32,000 nucleotides of DNA. It comes from Sinorhizobium meliloti. Lineage in GTDB: Bacteria > Pseudomonadota > Alphaproteobacteria > Rhizobiales > Rhizobiaceae. The position numbers and the translations under genes were made by a program. The DNA is taken from assembly GCF_017876815.1 (NCBI RefSeq), contig NZ_JAGIOS010000003.1, forward strand, positions 1,200,001 through 1,232,000. Reading direction: 5' to 3'. The notes below the pieces were generated by a model. That model saw only the letters and a list, made by a program, of their open reading frames with translations, was not told the origin of the DNA and ran no database searches. Positions 12,126-20,197 of this stretch are shown one piece after another. How positions within the stretch are numbered: position 1 is the stretch's first letter; every line of letters starts with the position of its first letter.

Positions 12126-13171
12126 CGGCGAATCCTGTACTGGGTGAAGAAGACACCGGTCAGCATGCTGATCAGCGACAGGGCGACTGTGACATCGGCT
12201 ATGTAAGAGGGAATACCCATGCTGCGGCTCATCCCGTCGGCCCCGACGAACATGACGGCCGTGAACAGGGCGGCAAGCACCACGCCCAGCGGATGAAGAT
12301 TGGCGAGCATGGCGACGACGATGCCGGAATAGCCGTAACCCGGCGACAGGTCCGTCGTCACATAGCCCTGCACGCCCATGACTTCGATAGCCCCCGCAAG
12401 GCCGGCGAGCCCGCCTGAAATGCAGGCCACCGTCACCAGGGTGCGGCCGAGCGGCACGCCTGCGAACACCGCCCCGGCCGGATTGAGGCCGGCTGCGCGC
12501 GACTGCATGCCGAACACCGTGCGCGACTGAACGAGATGGACTGCAACGGCCAGGACGAGTGCGATCATCAGTCCGATATGGAGGCGGGATCGGGCGAAAA
12601 GCTTTGGCAGGACCGCTGCGTCGGCAACCGGTTGGGACTGCGGCCATCCGAAGCCCATCGGGTCCTTGAGTGGTCCGTCGATCAGCATGGAGACGAAGAG
12701 CACGGCGACGAAATTGAGGAGAAGCGTGGTGACGACCTCGTCGACCGAAAAGCGCAGCCTCAGCCAAAGCGGCACGAGCAGCAGGACGATGCCGGCTGCC
12801 GCGCCGACGACGAGAAGCAGCGGAATCTGGAGGGGCGAGGGGAGGCCGCCGAAAAGGTGCGAACTGGCGGCGGCGACGGCAATCGCTCCGAGATAGAACT
12901 GACCCTCGGCGCCGATGTTCCAGAGCCTCGCGCGAAACGCGACCGCCGCGGCAAGGCCCGTCAGGATGAGCGGGCTGGCGCGGGTCAAGGTTTCGGTCGC
13001 CGAAAGCCGCGAGCCGAAGGCGCCGACGAGAATGCGCCAATAGGCTTCCATGACCGGGGCACCGGCGATAGCGATGAGCAGGCCGGCGAGCGCCAGCGCG
13101 CAGAGGATCGCAAGCACGGGTGTCGCGATCACCAGGGCGAGCGAACGATGTTCGCGTCGTTCAAAACGCAT
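12122..13171 (-). CDS. ABC transporter permease (first permease)
   Basis: Multi-TM protein with LWNIGAEGQFYLGAI typical of BMP-type sugar/nucleoside permeases. The ATG at 13171 has a GAGG 6 nt upstream; an alternative ATG lies at 13192. Confidence 0.85.
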   Translation of the reverse strand: MRFERREHRSLALVIATPVLAILCALALAGLLIAIAGAPVMEAYWRILVGAFGSRLSATETLTRASPLILTGLAAAVAFRARLWNIGAEGQFYLGAIAVAAASSHLFGGLPSPLQIPLLLVVGAAAGIVLLLVPLWLRLRFSVDEVVTTLLLNFVAVLFVSMLIDGPLKDPMGFGWPQSQPVADAAVLPKLFARSRLHIGLMIALVLAVAVHLVQSRTVFGMQSRAAGLNPAGAVFAGVPLGRTLVTVACISGGLAGLAGAIEVMGVQGYVTTDLSPGYGYSGIVVAMLANLHPLGVVLAALFTAVMFVGADGMSRSMGIPSYIADVTVALSLISMLTGVFFTQYRIRR

Positions 13172-14687
13172 GCGGAACCTCGTGCTCTTCATTCCATTCG
13201 CCGGCCATCATCAGGCCGAGTTTCGTGGCACTGGCGCTGTCGGCGGCGATCGGAGGCGAAAGCCGCCCGTTGACGATGGCCTGAATGCGGTCGGCGAGCG
13301 CCATGACTTCTTCCAGATCCTCGGAGATGAGGAGCACCGCGGTTCCCGCACGCCGCGCTTCGAGCAGCCGCTCGTGCACCGCGGCGACAGCCCCTTCGTC
13401 GAGCCCCCGCGCCGGCTGCGCCGCGAGCAGGATGCGCGGTCGGTCGATCAGATTGCGCCCGAGGATGAGTTTCTGCATGTTGCCGCCCGAGAGCAGCCGC
13501 GTGCGCGTCGTCGGCCGTCCGCCGCGCACGTCGAAGGCATCGATGATCTGGCCGGCGAATGCCTGGCCGGACGGCCGATCGACGAGGCCGTAGCGCGAAA
13601 ATCGCGGCAGGCGCTCGAGAACGGCGTTTTCCCAAATGGCCATTTCGCCGATAGCGCCTTCCTTGTTGCGATCTTCCGGAATGCGGCCGATCCCCGCTCG
13701 GACGGCGCCATCAACCGTGAGGTCGCCGATCGGCTCCCCGAACAGCAGGAGTTCGCCCTTGTCGCGCCGCGCCGTACCCGACAGGAGATGCGCCAGCGTC
13801 GTCTGGCCGTTGCCGGAAACTCCGATAATGCCGAGAATCTCGCCCGCGCGGAGGCTGAAATCGATGGACTTCAGCCGTTCGACGCCGTCGATGCTGACGC
13901 TCACATCCGCGACATCAAGCACCACCTCGCCGGGCGTCGAGGGATCGCGCACCGGCCGGGCAACCTTGCGGCCGACCATCAGTTCGGCAAGCTCGGCCTT
14001 GTTCGTCTCTTTCGCAAGACGCTCGGCCACCTTGCGGCCGCCGCGCAGCACGACGATCCTGTCGGCCGCGGCCATGACCTCGTCCAGCTTGTGTGAAATG
14101 AAGATCAGCGAAAGCCCCTCGCGCGCCATGTCCTTCAGTGTCGAGAACAGCCGCTCGGCCTCCAGATTCGTCAGCACCGCCGTCGGCTCGTCGAGCACCA
14201 GGATATGTGCGTCGTTGTAGAGCGCCTTCAGGATCTCGACGCGCTGCTGCTCGCCGACCGAGAGGTCGCCGACGCGCGCGTCCGGCTCCACCGTCAGGCC
14301 GAACCGCTGGCAAATGTGGTGCAGCTTCCGCCGTGCCGCGCTGGTGCCGGATCGGAGGTGCCAGAGGCGTTCGGTGCCGGCCATAACGTTTTCCAGCACC
14401 GTAAGGTTGGGGGCGAGCGAGAAATGCTGATGCACCATGCCGATGCCGGCGCGGATCGCCGCGCGTGGCTTGCCCGGAGGCAGTTCCCGTCCCTCGACCA
14501 GTACCTTGCCGCTGTCCGGCACATAATGGCCGAACAGGATGCTCATCAGCGTGGTCTTGCCGGCGCCGTTTTCGCCGAGGAGGGCGACGACCTCGCCCTT
14601 TCCGAGGCTCAGCGAGATGTCGTCATTGGCGAGATTGTCACCGAAGCGCTTGCTGACGCTGCAAATGTCGAGAATGGCTTCGCTCAT
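13161..14687 (-). CDS. ABC transporter ATP-binding protein (fused double NBD)
   Basis: 508 aa with two NBDs: GENGAGKTT / LSVGEQQRVEI / LVLDEPT, then GVSGNGQTT / LSGGNMQK. Its start overlaps the amidase stop (ATGA at 14684-14687). Confidence 0.9.
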   Translation of the reverse strand: MSEAILDICSVSKRFGDNLANDDISLSLGKGEVVALLGENGAGKTTLMSILFGHYVPDSGKVLVEGRELPPGKPRAAIRAGIGMVHQHFSLAPNLTVLENVMAGTERLWHLRSGTSAARRKLHHICQRFGLTVEPDARVGDLSVGEQQRVEILKALYNDAHILVLDEPTAVLTNLEAERLFSTLKDMAREGLSLIFISHKLDEVMAAADRIVVLRGGRKVAERLAKETNKAELAELMVGRKVARPVRDPSTPGEVVLDVADVSVSIDGVERLKSIDFSLRAGEILGIIGVSGNGQTTLAHLLSGTARRDKGELLLFGEPIGDLTVDGAVRAGIGRIPEDRNKEGAIGEMAIWENAVLERLPRFSRYGLVDRPSGQAFAGQIIDAFDVRGGRPTTRTRLLSGGNMQKLILGRNLIDRPRILLAAQPARGLDEGAVAAVHERLLEARRAGTAVLLISEDLEEVMALADRIQAIVNGRLSPPIAADSASATKLGLMMAGEWNEEHEVPHAF

Positions 14688-16099
14688 TCCGGAATTCCCG
14701 CGACCGCGAAACGGTGCTGCCAGCGGCCCTCTCTTTCCAGGCGTGCCGCAAGCTCGATGAGGAGGCGGTCGCCGCCCATGGGCGCCAGAATCTGCACCGG
14801 CAGCGGCAATCCGGCGTCATCCGCGCCGAAGGGGAGCGTGAGGGCCGGAAAACCGGTCGCATTGGCGAGTGTGGCGAGTGGCGCAAACGCGGTCATGCGG
14901 CGAATCTGAAGGTCGATATCGTCGTGGTCGAAAGGAAAGGATCCGATCGGAAGGGGTGCCGACGCAAGCATGGGCGTCAGGATACAGTCTACCCGGTCGA
15001 AAAGCGACCAGACCGCGTGGCTCGCATGGACGGCGTCGTCAAGTGTCGCCCAGAGCGCGGTCGCCTCGAGTTGCGATCCATGGTTGATGAAAGCCTGCGT
15101 CAGCCGTTCGGCGCGCCCGGCATCGAGACCGGCGGAAACGACGAAATTGGCAAGGTTGACGGCAATGATGTCGCGCAGAGCCCGGCCGCTCGTCGCAACG
15201 CATGCGGCAAACGCATCCCAATACATCTTAACGACGCTGTGGCCATCCGCCTCCAGTGCGCGCGCGGCCTCTTCGACAGCCTCGCTGCGCGCCGGTTCGG
15301 TCGGGTATTGGTCGCCGGTCTCGAGAAGAAGGCCGACACGTAAGGGGCCGGACGGGGAGGGGGCGAACCACGGATCGGCAAACGGCCCTCTGGCGCGTCC
15401 GGCTGCCGCGTTGAAGATCGCCGCCAGGTCGCGGACGGAGCGGCACAGCGCCAGTTCACTGGCGATGCCGCCGAGATGATTGCCGAAGGATGGTCCAGCC
15501 GCCATCGCACCCCGGCTCGCCTTGAGGCCGAGGAGACCGCAACATGCCGCGGGGACGCGAATCGACCCGCCGGCGTCGGTTGCATGGGCGATCGCCACGA
15601 TGCCCGCGGCAACGGCAGCCGCCGCCCCGCCGGAGGAGCCGCCGGGCGTCCGGCTCTTATCGAGGGGGTTGCGGCAGATGGGGCCGGCCGCCGGTTCGCT
15701 TGCGAGCGAAAGGCCCATTTCCGGCACGGTAGTCAGTCCGAAGAAGCAAAGGCCTGCTCCGCGCAGCCGCTCTGCCAGATCGCTGTCTTCCGCGACGGCG
15801 GCACGGCGCCCGAGCATGTTCGATCCGGCCGCAACCGGCAGGCCGGCGAAGGGGCCGCCCAGGTCCTTGGCAAGGCTCGGGACGCCGAGAAATGGTGGAA
15901 TCCCCCCGCCGCCCGGCTGGTGGCGCAAGCGGGCGTCCGCATTCCCGGCCGCCGTTCGTCCGAGCGTAGGGTCGAGATGGACGATCGCACCGATTTCTGC
16001 CCATCGGCCAGTCGCCGCAAGGGATGCTTCCATCGCTTCGGAAGCGGTGAGGCGGCCCATTCGGATCGCCTCACCGAGAGAAGTTGCATCACCTGCCAT
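14684..16099 (-). CDS. Amidase-signature (AS) family amidase
   Basis: AS motif GGSSGGAAAAVAAGIVAIAHATDAGGSIRVPAACCGLLGLKASRG. Start is either ATG 16099 or TTG 16105, 5-11 nt after the binding-protein stop. Confidence 0.85.
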   Translation of the reverse strand: MAGDATSLGEAIRMGRLTASEAMEASLAATGRWAEIGAIVHLDPTLGRTAAGNADARLRHQPGGGGIPPFLGVPSLAKDLGGPFAGLPVAAGSNMLGRRAAVAEDSDLAERLRGAGLCFFGLTTVPEMGLSLASEPAAGPICRNPLDKSRTPGGSSGGAAAAVAAGIVAIAHATDAGGSIRVPAACCGLLGLKASRGAMAAGPSFGNHLGGIASELALCRSVRDLAAIFNAAAGRARGPFADPWFAPSPSGPLRVGLLLETGDQYPTEPARSEAVEEAARALEADGHSVVKMYWDAFAACVATSGRALRDIIAVNLANFVVSAGLDAGRAERLTQAFINHGSQLEATALWATLDDAVHASHAVWSLFDRVDCILTPMLASAPLPIGSFPFDHDDIDLQIRRMTAFAPLATLANATGFPALTLPFGADDAGLPLPVQILAPMGGDRLLIELAARLEREGRWQHRFAVAGIPE

Positions 16100-16110
16100 A
16101 GACAAGCCGG

Positions 16111-17097
16111 TTACTTAGGCTCGTCAGTGATGCGTGGAACCTCGAAGGCGCCGGACTTGATCTCGGCACGCTTGGCTTCCATGGCCGCTTCGGCATCCGC
16201 CGGGGCGACGCCCTTGACATAGGCAACGTCGCTGCCGCCCTCCTTGAGCAGGCCGAAGGCGGTGTAGTCCTTGCCGACCGGCTTGCCGGCGGACACGTCG
16301 GCAATCGCGGCATTGAGGATCGGGCGGAAGCCCCAGAGCGCGTTGGCAAAGACCGTGTCGGGATAGCGCGGCGTGTAGTCGATCAGCGAACCCACGGATT
16401 TGAGCCCGCGTTCCTTCGCTGCGTCCGCGGTGCCGATGCGCTCGCCGAAGAGGATGTCGGCACCGGCGTCGATCTGAGCGAGGCCGGCTTCGCGCGCCTT
16501 CGGCGGGTCGAAGAAGGTACCGATGAAGGTGACGAGGTGCTTGGCATCGGGATTGACGGCCTTCACGCCCGCAGCGAAGGCATTGATCAGCATGTTGACT
16601 TCCGGGATCGGCATGGCGCCGACGGAGCCGACGACGTTCGACTTCGTCATCTTGCCGGCGAGCATGCCGGCGAGATAGGCGCCGTCGTGGTTCCAGGTGC
16701 CGAAAACGCCGAAGTTGTCGCCCGATTCCTTGCCGCTCGAGCCGAGAACGAAGGCGGTCTCCGGATAGTCGGCGGCGACTTCGCGGGCCTGTTTTTCAAC
16801 GGCATAGGCTTCGCCGATGATGAGCTTTGCACCCTGCTCGGCATATTCGCGCATCGCGCGGGGATAGTCCGTGCCCGAAATGCCTTCGGAGAAGACATAC
16901 TCGATCACGCCTTCGGCGGCCGCATCCTGCAGCGCCTTGTGCAGGACCGAGTTCCAGGCGTTCTCGACCGGGGAGGCGTGGACACCAGCAACCTTGATCG
17001 GCGCGCTGGCGCGGACGGCCGGCGCCAGGGCGCTCACGCCAAGCACCAGGCCCGACGCAAGCACATTGCGCCGGCTCATCATCAAATCTCTTGTCAT
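16111..17097 (-). CDS. BMP-family (Med/PnrA-like) ABC transporter substrate-binding protein with Tat-type signal
   Basis: 328 aa. N-terminal SRRNVLASGLVLGVSALAPAVRASA signal, and BMP-family pattern (KVAGVHASPVENAWN..., GSVGAMPIPEVNMLINAFAAGVKAVNP). Confidence 0.9.
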   Translation of the reverse strand: MTRDLMMSRRNVLASGLVLGVSALAPAVRASAPIKVAGVHASPVENAWNSVLHKALQDAAAEGVIEYVFSEGISGTDYPRAMREYAEQGAKLIIGEAYAVEKQAREVAADYPETAFVLGSSGKESGDNFGVFGTWNHDGAYLAGMLAGKMTKSNVVGSVGAMPIPEVNMLINAFAAGVKAVNPDAKHLVTFIGTFFDPPKAREAGLAQIDAGADILFGERIGTADAAKERGLKSVGSLIDYTPRYPDTVFANALWGFRPILNAAIADVSAGKPVGKDYTAFGLLKEGGSDVAYVKGVAPADAEAAMEAKRAEIKSGAFEVPRITDEPK

Positions 17098-17137
17098 GGA
17101 TGGTGTTCCCCTTTTTACCGATTGGTAGAATCTTTAT

Positions 17138-17158
17138 TTTGTACAAAGTTTTGTCAAG
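17138..17158 (-). promoter_or_regulatory. Candidate promoter -35 (CTTGAC) with a 10-bp palindrome TTTGTACAAA in the spacer, upstream of the BMP-ABC operon
   Basis: On the minus strand, CTTGAC (17153-17158) matches the rhizobial sigma70 -35 consensus as I recall it. The perfect palindrome tttgtacaaa (17138-17147) lies in the 17-nt spacer. The binding-protein ATG is at 17097. The -10 is weak (aaagat). Confidence 0.4.
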
Positions 17159-17399
17159 CAGCGCGAATGAGTAGAAAAGCGGCAACGGAACACATGCTGG
17201 GTTATCTCGCAGAAGTTTCATATCTGCCGGGTGAGCGCGACAGGTGTCGTATTGCCTTCGCGGAACAAGCCCGACGTGCGTTCGTTTCCAACTTGCGAAG
17301 GAGCATCAAGACAGAAGTGCCCAAGGAAGCCTCCGTGTGCCAAGGCACATGTGAGGCTTCCTTGTGCGGGGTGGTCGAGCCGTCAACCCGGAGCTGTTC

Positions 17400-18176
17400 A
17401 TGGAAGAATTTATCCTGTTCGCGTTGGTCGGCTTTCTCGCTCAGGTGATCGATGGTGCTCTAGGCATGGCCTACGGCGTCATCTGCTCGACGGTGCTTCT
17501 TGCCTTCGGCGTGCCGCCTGCCCAGGCGTCGGCGTCAGCCCATGCGGCGGAATTGTTCACCACTGCCGCTTCCGGATCGGCCCATCTCTATCACCGCAAC
17601 ATCGATTGGAAGCTGTTCTGGCGGCTCATTCCCTTTGGCATCGCCGGTGGCATGCTGGGTGCCTTCGTGGTGACCTCGTTTGACGGAGATCAGGTCAAGC
17701 CTTTCGTCACGGCCTATCTTGCAGTGATTGGAGCCTGGCTGCTTTACCGCTCCTTTCATCGCATTCCCACAAACCCGGTCAAGCTGAGGATCGTGGCACC
17801 GCTCGGCGCAACCGCGGGGTTCCTGGATGCCGCTGGTGGCGGCGGATGGGGACCCGTTGCGACCACCGGTCTGCTCGGCGCCGGTGGACAGCCGCGCTTC
17901 GTCATCGGGACCGTCAATGCGAGCGAGTTTCTGATCGCACTTTCAGTGTCTCTGAGCTTCCTGGCCACGGTTCTAACCGGTCACTGGGAACAGGCTGGCG
18001 ATTTCCGCGATCATCTTACATCCATAGGCGGGCTGATTACGGGCGGCGTGCTGGCGGCGCCTTTTGCAGGATGGGTGGTCAAGGCACTGCAAGAGAAAAC
18101 GCTTCTGCGGCTCGTCGGATCTTTGATCACGCTTTTGGCAGGCTATCAGACGCTCGAACTTACCGGGTTTCTCTGA
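17400..18176 (+). CDS. TSUP/TauE-SafE family membrane transporter
   Basis: MEEFILFALVGFLAQVIDGALGMAYGV... has multiple TM segments and a GGGGWGP motif in the second half. The track ORF begins 36 nt upstream at a non-ATG codon. Confidence 0.8.
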   Translation: MEEFILFALVGFLAQVIDGALGMAYGVICSTVLLAFGVPPAQASASAHAAELFTTAASGSAHLYHRNIDWKLFWRLIPFGIAGGMLGAFVVTSFDGDQVKPFVTAYLAVIGAWLLYRSFHRIPTNPVKLRIVAPLGATAGFLDAAGGGGWGPVATTGLLGAGGQPRFVIGTVNASEFLIALSVSLSFLATVLTGHWEQAGDFRDHLTSIGGLITGGVLAAPFAGWVVKALQEKTLLRLVGSLITLLAGYQTLELTGFL

Positions 18177-18187
18177 ACACCGGTTTC

Positions 18188-18919
18188 TCAGATGGCATAA
18201 AGCTCAATCGGCTTCTCAAAGCCCTTGAGGCGGTATTCTCGGCCCTCGCTTGCCGCCGTTTGGCTCTGCGCGCGCTCGCAAACGGCCCTGGTCACGAGGA
18301 TTCGCCCCGCCTCGGCGGCGGATTGGGCCCGAGCGGCAGTATTCACAACCGTACCGATAGCAGTCAGGTCGCGGTGCGATCGGCCGAACTCTCCGAAGCT
18401 GGCCTCACCGGTGTCGATGCCGATGCCAACCCCGAGCTCACTTCCGTCCAGGCCGGCACCTTCCGCCAAGCGAAACTCACGGCGCAATTGGCATCGGCGC
18501 TGGATCTCCCGCGCCGCGAGCACAGCGCGCTCAGCGTGATCCTGGTGGGGGATCGGAAAGTTGAAGATTGCCATGATCGCGTCCCCGACCGTCTTGTTAA
18601 GAAGGCCGTCGAACTCCCAAATCGCCGCGGCACATTCATCGTAGAAATCATCCAGCAGCGACGAAACAATATCGGCCGAGAGCGATTGCGAAAGCGCCGT
18701 GTAGCCTCGCAGATCTGCAAAAAGGACGGAGACGTCAACAGTGATCTTGCGGGCTTTCATCACGCGCGTGAACATTAGTTCACAGATCGTGCAGGTATTC
18801 GGGTTCATCCGGCTCGGGCGGATGCCAAAGGCGCGGAAGGGAATGGAAGCCGGCCCGCGCAGGGGCACGGGAATACGCATCTGCTCCCAGCATCCCTTGC
18901 AAATCCTGGATTGAGACAT
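18188..18919 (-). CDS. Class III adenylate/guanylate cyclase with N-terminal Cys4 (CxxC...CxxC) module
   Basis: Cyclase core VLFADLRGYT...NKTVGDAIMAIFN...IGIDTGEASFGEFG...TAIGTVVNTAARAQ. N-terminus carries CKGC and CTIC 32 aa apart. Confidence 0.8.
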   Translation of the reverse strand: MSQSRICKGCWEQMRIPVPLRGPASIPFRAFGIRPSRMNPNTCTICELMFTRVMKARKITVDVSVLFADLRGYTALSQSLSADIVSSLLDDFYDECAAAIWEFDGLLNKTVGDAIMAIFNFPIPHQDHAERAVLAAREIQRRCQLRREFRLAEGAGLDGSELGVGIGIDTGEASFGEFGRSHRDLTAIGTVVNTAARAQSAAEAGRILVTRAVCERAQSQTAASEGREYRLKGFEKPIELYAI

Positions 18920-19024
18920 GTTGCCGCCGCCCTGCTTGCGTGACGCAATGCGACTTTCGCATATATCGGCAACAAAATCTCCCGAAAACCCTCGGGTGTC
19001 TGTATTTGAGACCGCGACAGTCCG

Positions 19025-19147
19025 TTAGCCTTCAGACAGTTGTTCGGCTGTGGCCGCTATGGGTGCATTCCCCAAGGAATTATTGACGTACTTGAAAGCA
19101 AGTATGCTGATAATCGAGGCGACTATAACTAAGATGACGAGACGCAT
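19025..19147 (-). CDS. Hypothetical 40-aa single-TM peptide (candidate)
   Basis: ATG...TAA ORF encoding MRLVILVIVASIISILAFKYVNNSLGNAPIAATAEQLSEG. Not in the ORF track (under 60 aa) and has no clear SD. Lies in the AT-rich islet. Confidence 0.3.
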   Translation of the reverse strand: MRLVILVIVASIISILAFKYVNNSLGNAPIAATAEQLSEG

Positions 19148-19341
19148 GAAAATTTACCATGTTCGTTGCACCGAGAAACTCTCTCGGAGACCTCGTTGTT
19201 CCAGCACCTCCGATTCGGTGGGAACGCCAACTGACTACATGAGCAGTAATTCATGGATAAGCCTGACGAAACCGGTGCCTGCCTTTTCGGCGGCAACCGA
19301 TGGCTCTCACCTGTCCGGGCGACCTCTCGAAAAGTCTTTCC

Positions 19342-19521
19342 TCAACGATCCTGTGTTTGCGCGACAGGCAGATAGACTTTCGAGCCGACGTGCTCGCCAC
19401 CAGTCAACGAGTTCCCGACCAGCAGGTAGGCTGATATTCCGAGGACCGACAGCAGCAGAATGCTTACGGGCAGTCCCGTTGAGACGTGATGTTCCGGTTC
19501 CTGATAATTCCATCTAGTCAT
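19342..19521 (-). CDS. Hypothetical 59-aa single-TM protein (candidate)
   Basis: MTRWNYQEPEHHVSTGLPVSILLLSVLGISAYLLVGNSLTGGEHVGSKVYLPVAQTQDR, with GGAG 9 nt upstream of the ATG. An extended -10-like TGGTATAAT sits on the minus strand at 19631-19639. Confidence 0.35.
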   Translation of the reverse strand: MTRWNYQEPEHHVSTGLPVSILLLSVLGISAYLLVGNSLTGGEHVGSKVYLPVAQTQDR

Positions 19522-19801
19522 TCGAACGTACTCCACTCTACACAAAGTGAGAACGAGCCACCGATGCAGCAGTTCCTGCACCGATGGTTGAACCTGGGTA
19601 ACGATGTTCGAGGCGTTGTAACGAGCCGGCATTATACCATGCCGTCGCTGCCGCGGAGGGGTTATTGGCGGGGTATCATTCCGCCATGTTCACCGACCGT
19701 TCCTACCTATTTCAGGCGCGGCTGAGGCTGCAGCGGGGATGAGGGAAAGTGCGTGCGGTTTCAGGTCGCTGGAGATGCGGACTCACTCCGCCACGGTCCG
19801 C

Positions 19802-19924
19802 TTACCAGAACACGTCGTAAAGGGTAATAAAGACAATCATTCCAATGCAGACTGCTGGCGTCGACCTGATCGCGAAGTCGACTGGATTGAATTGGTATCC
19901 GAAGCTTTCAACATAAGATTTCAT
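19802..19924 (-). CDS. Hypothetical 40-aa C-terminally anchored peptide (candidate)
   Basis: MKSYVESFGYQFNPVDFAIRSTPAVCIGMIVFITLYDVFW, preceded by GGGAGGA 10 nt upstream of the ATG. A hairpin GCGGAC...GTCCGC lies just downstream. Confidence 0.4.
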   Translation of the reverse strand: MKSYVESFGYQFNPVDFAIRSTPAVCIGMIVFITLYDVFW

Positions 19925-20197
19925 GACTTTTGTTTCCTCCCTGTGAGTTGTCTGGGACCCAGAACGGTCAGAGCACTTCCAGGAAAAGTGTCGTAACGGT
20001 ATTCCGTCCGGACCGCTCGCTTCCTTCTGAAGCGACCTTCGCAACATTCGATCACGACCCGCGGAGCTTGTTTGACTCCACGGCAGCACGAATAAGTGCC
20101 GCCATACCTTAGTACTTCAGCAGCAGAGAAGGTTTGCGCCTTTGAGGAGTAGATCGATTATCGGAGAGTTGATGGTAGGACGTTAGAGCCACGCCCG

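Noticed and set aside
12126-13040. Upstream 300 aa of the 619-aa ORF 11181..13040
   Set aside because: This part overlaps the first permease gene out of frame and is Arg/Pro/Ala-rich nonsense. The real permease begins at the ATG at 12125, with an ATGA overlap.
19148-19291. 47-codon Cys-rich minus-strand ORF (MNYCSCSQLAFPPNRRCWNNE...)
   Set aside because: It has no SD and overlaps the 40-aa ORF start out of frame, with nothing to support it beyond being open.
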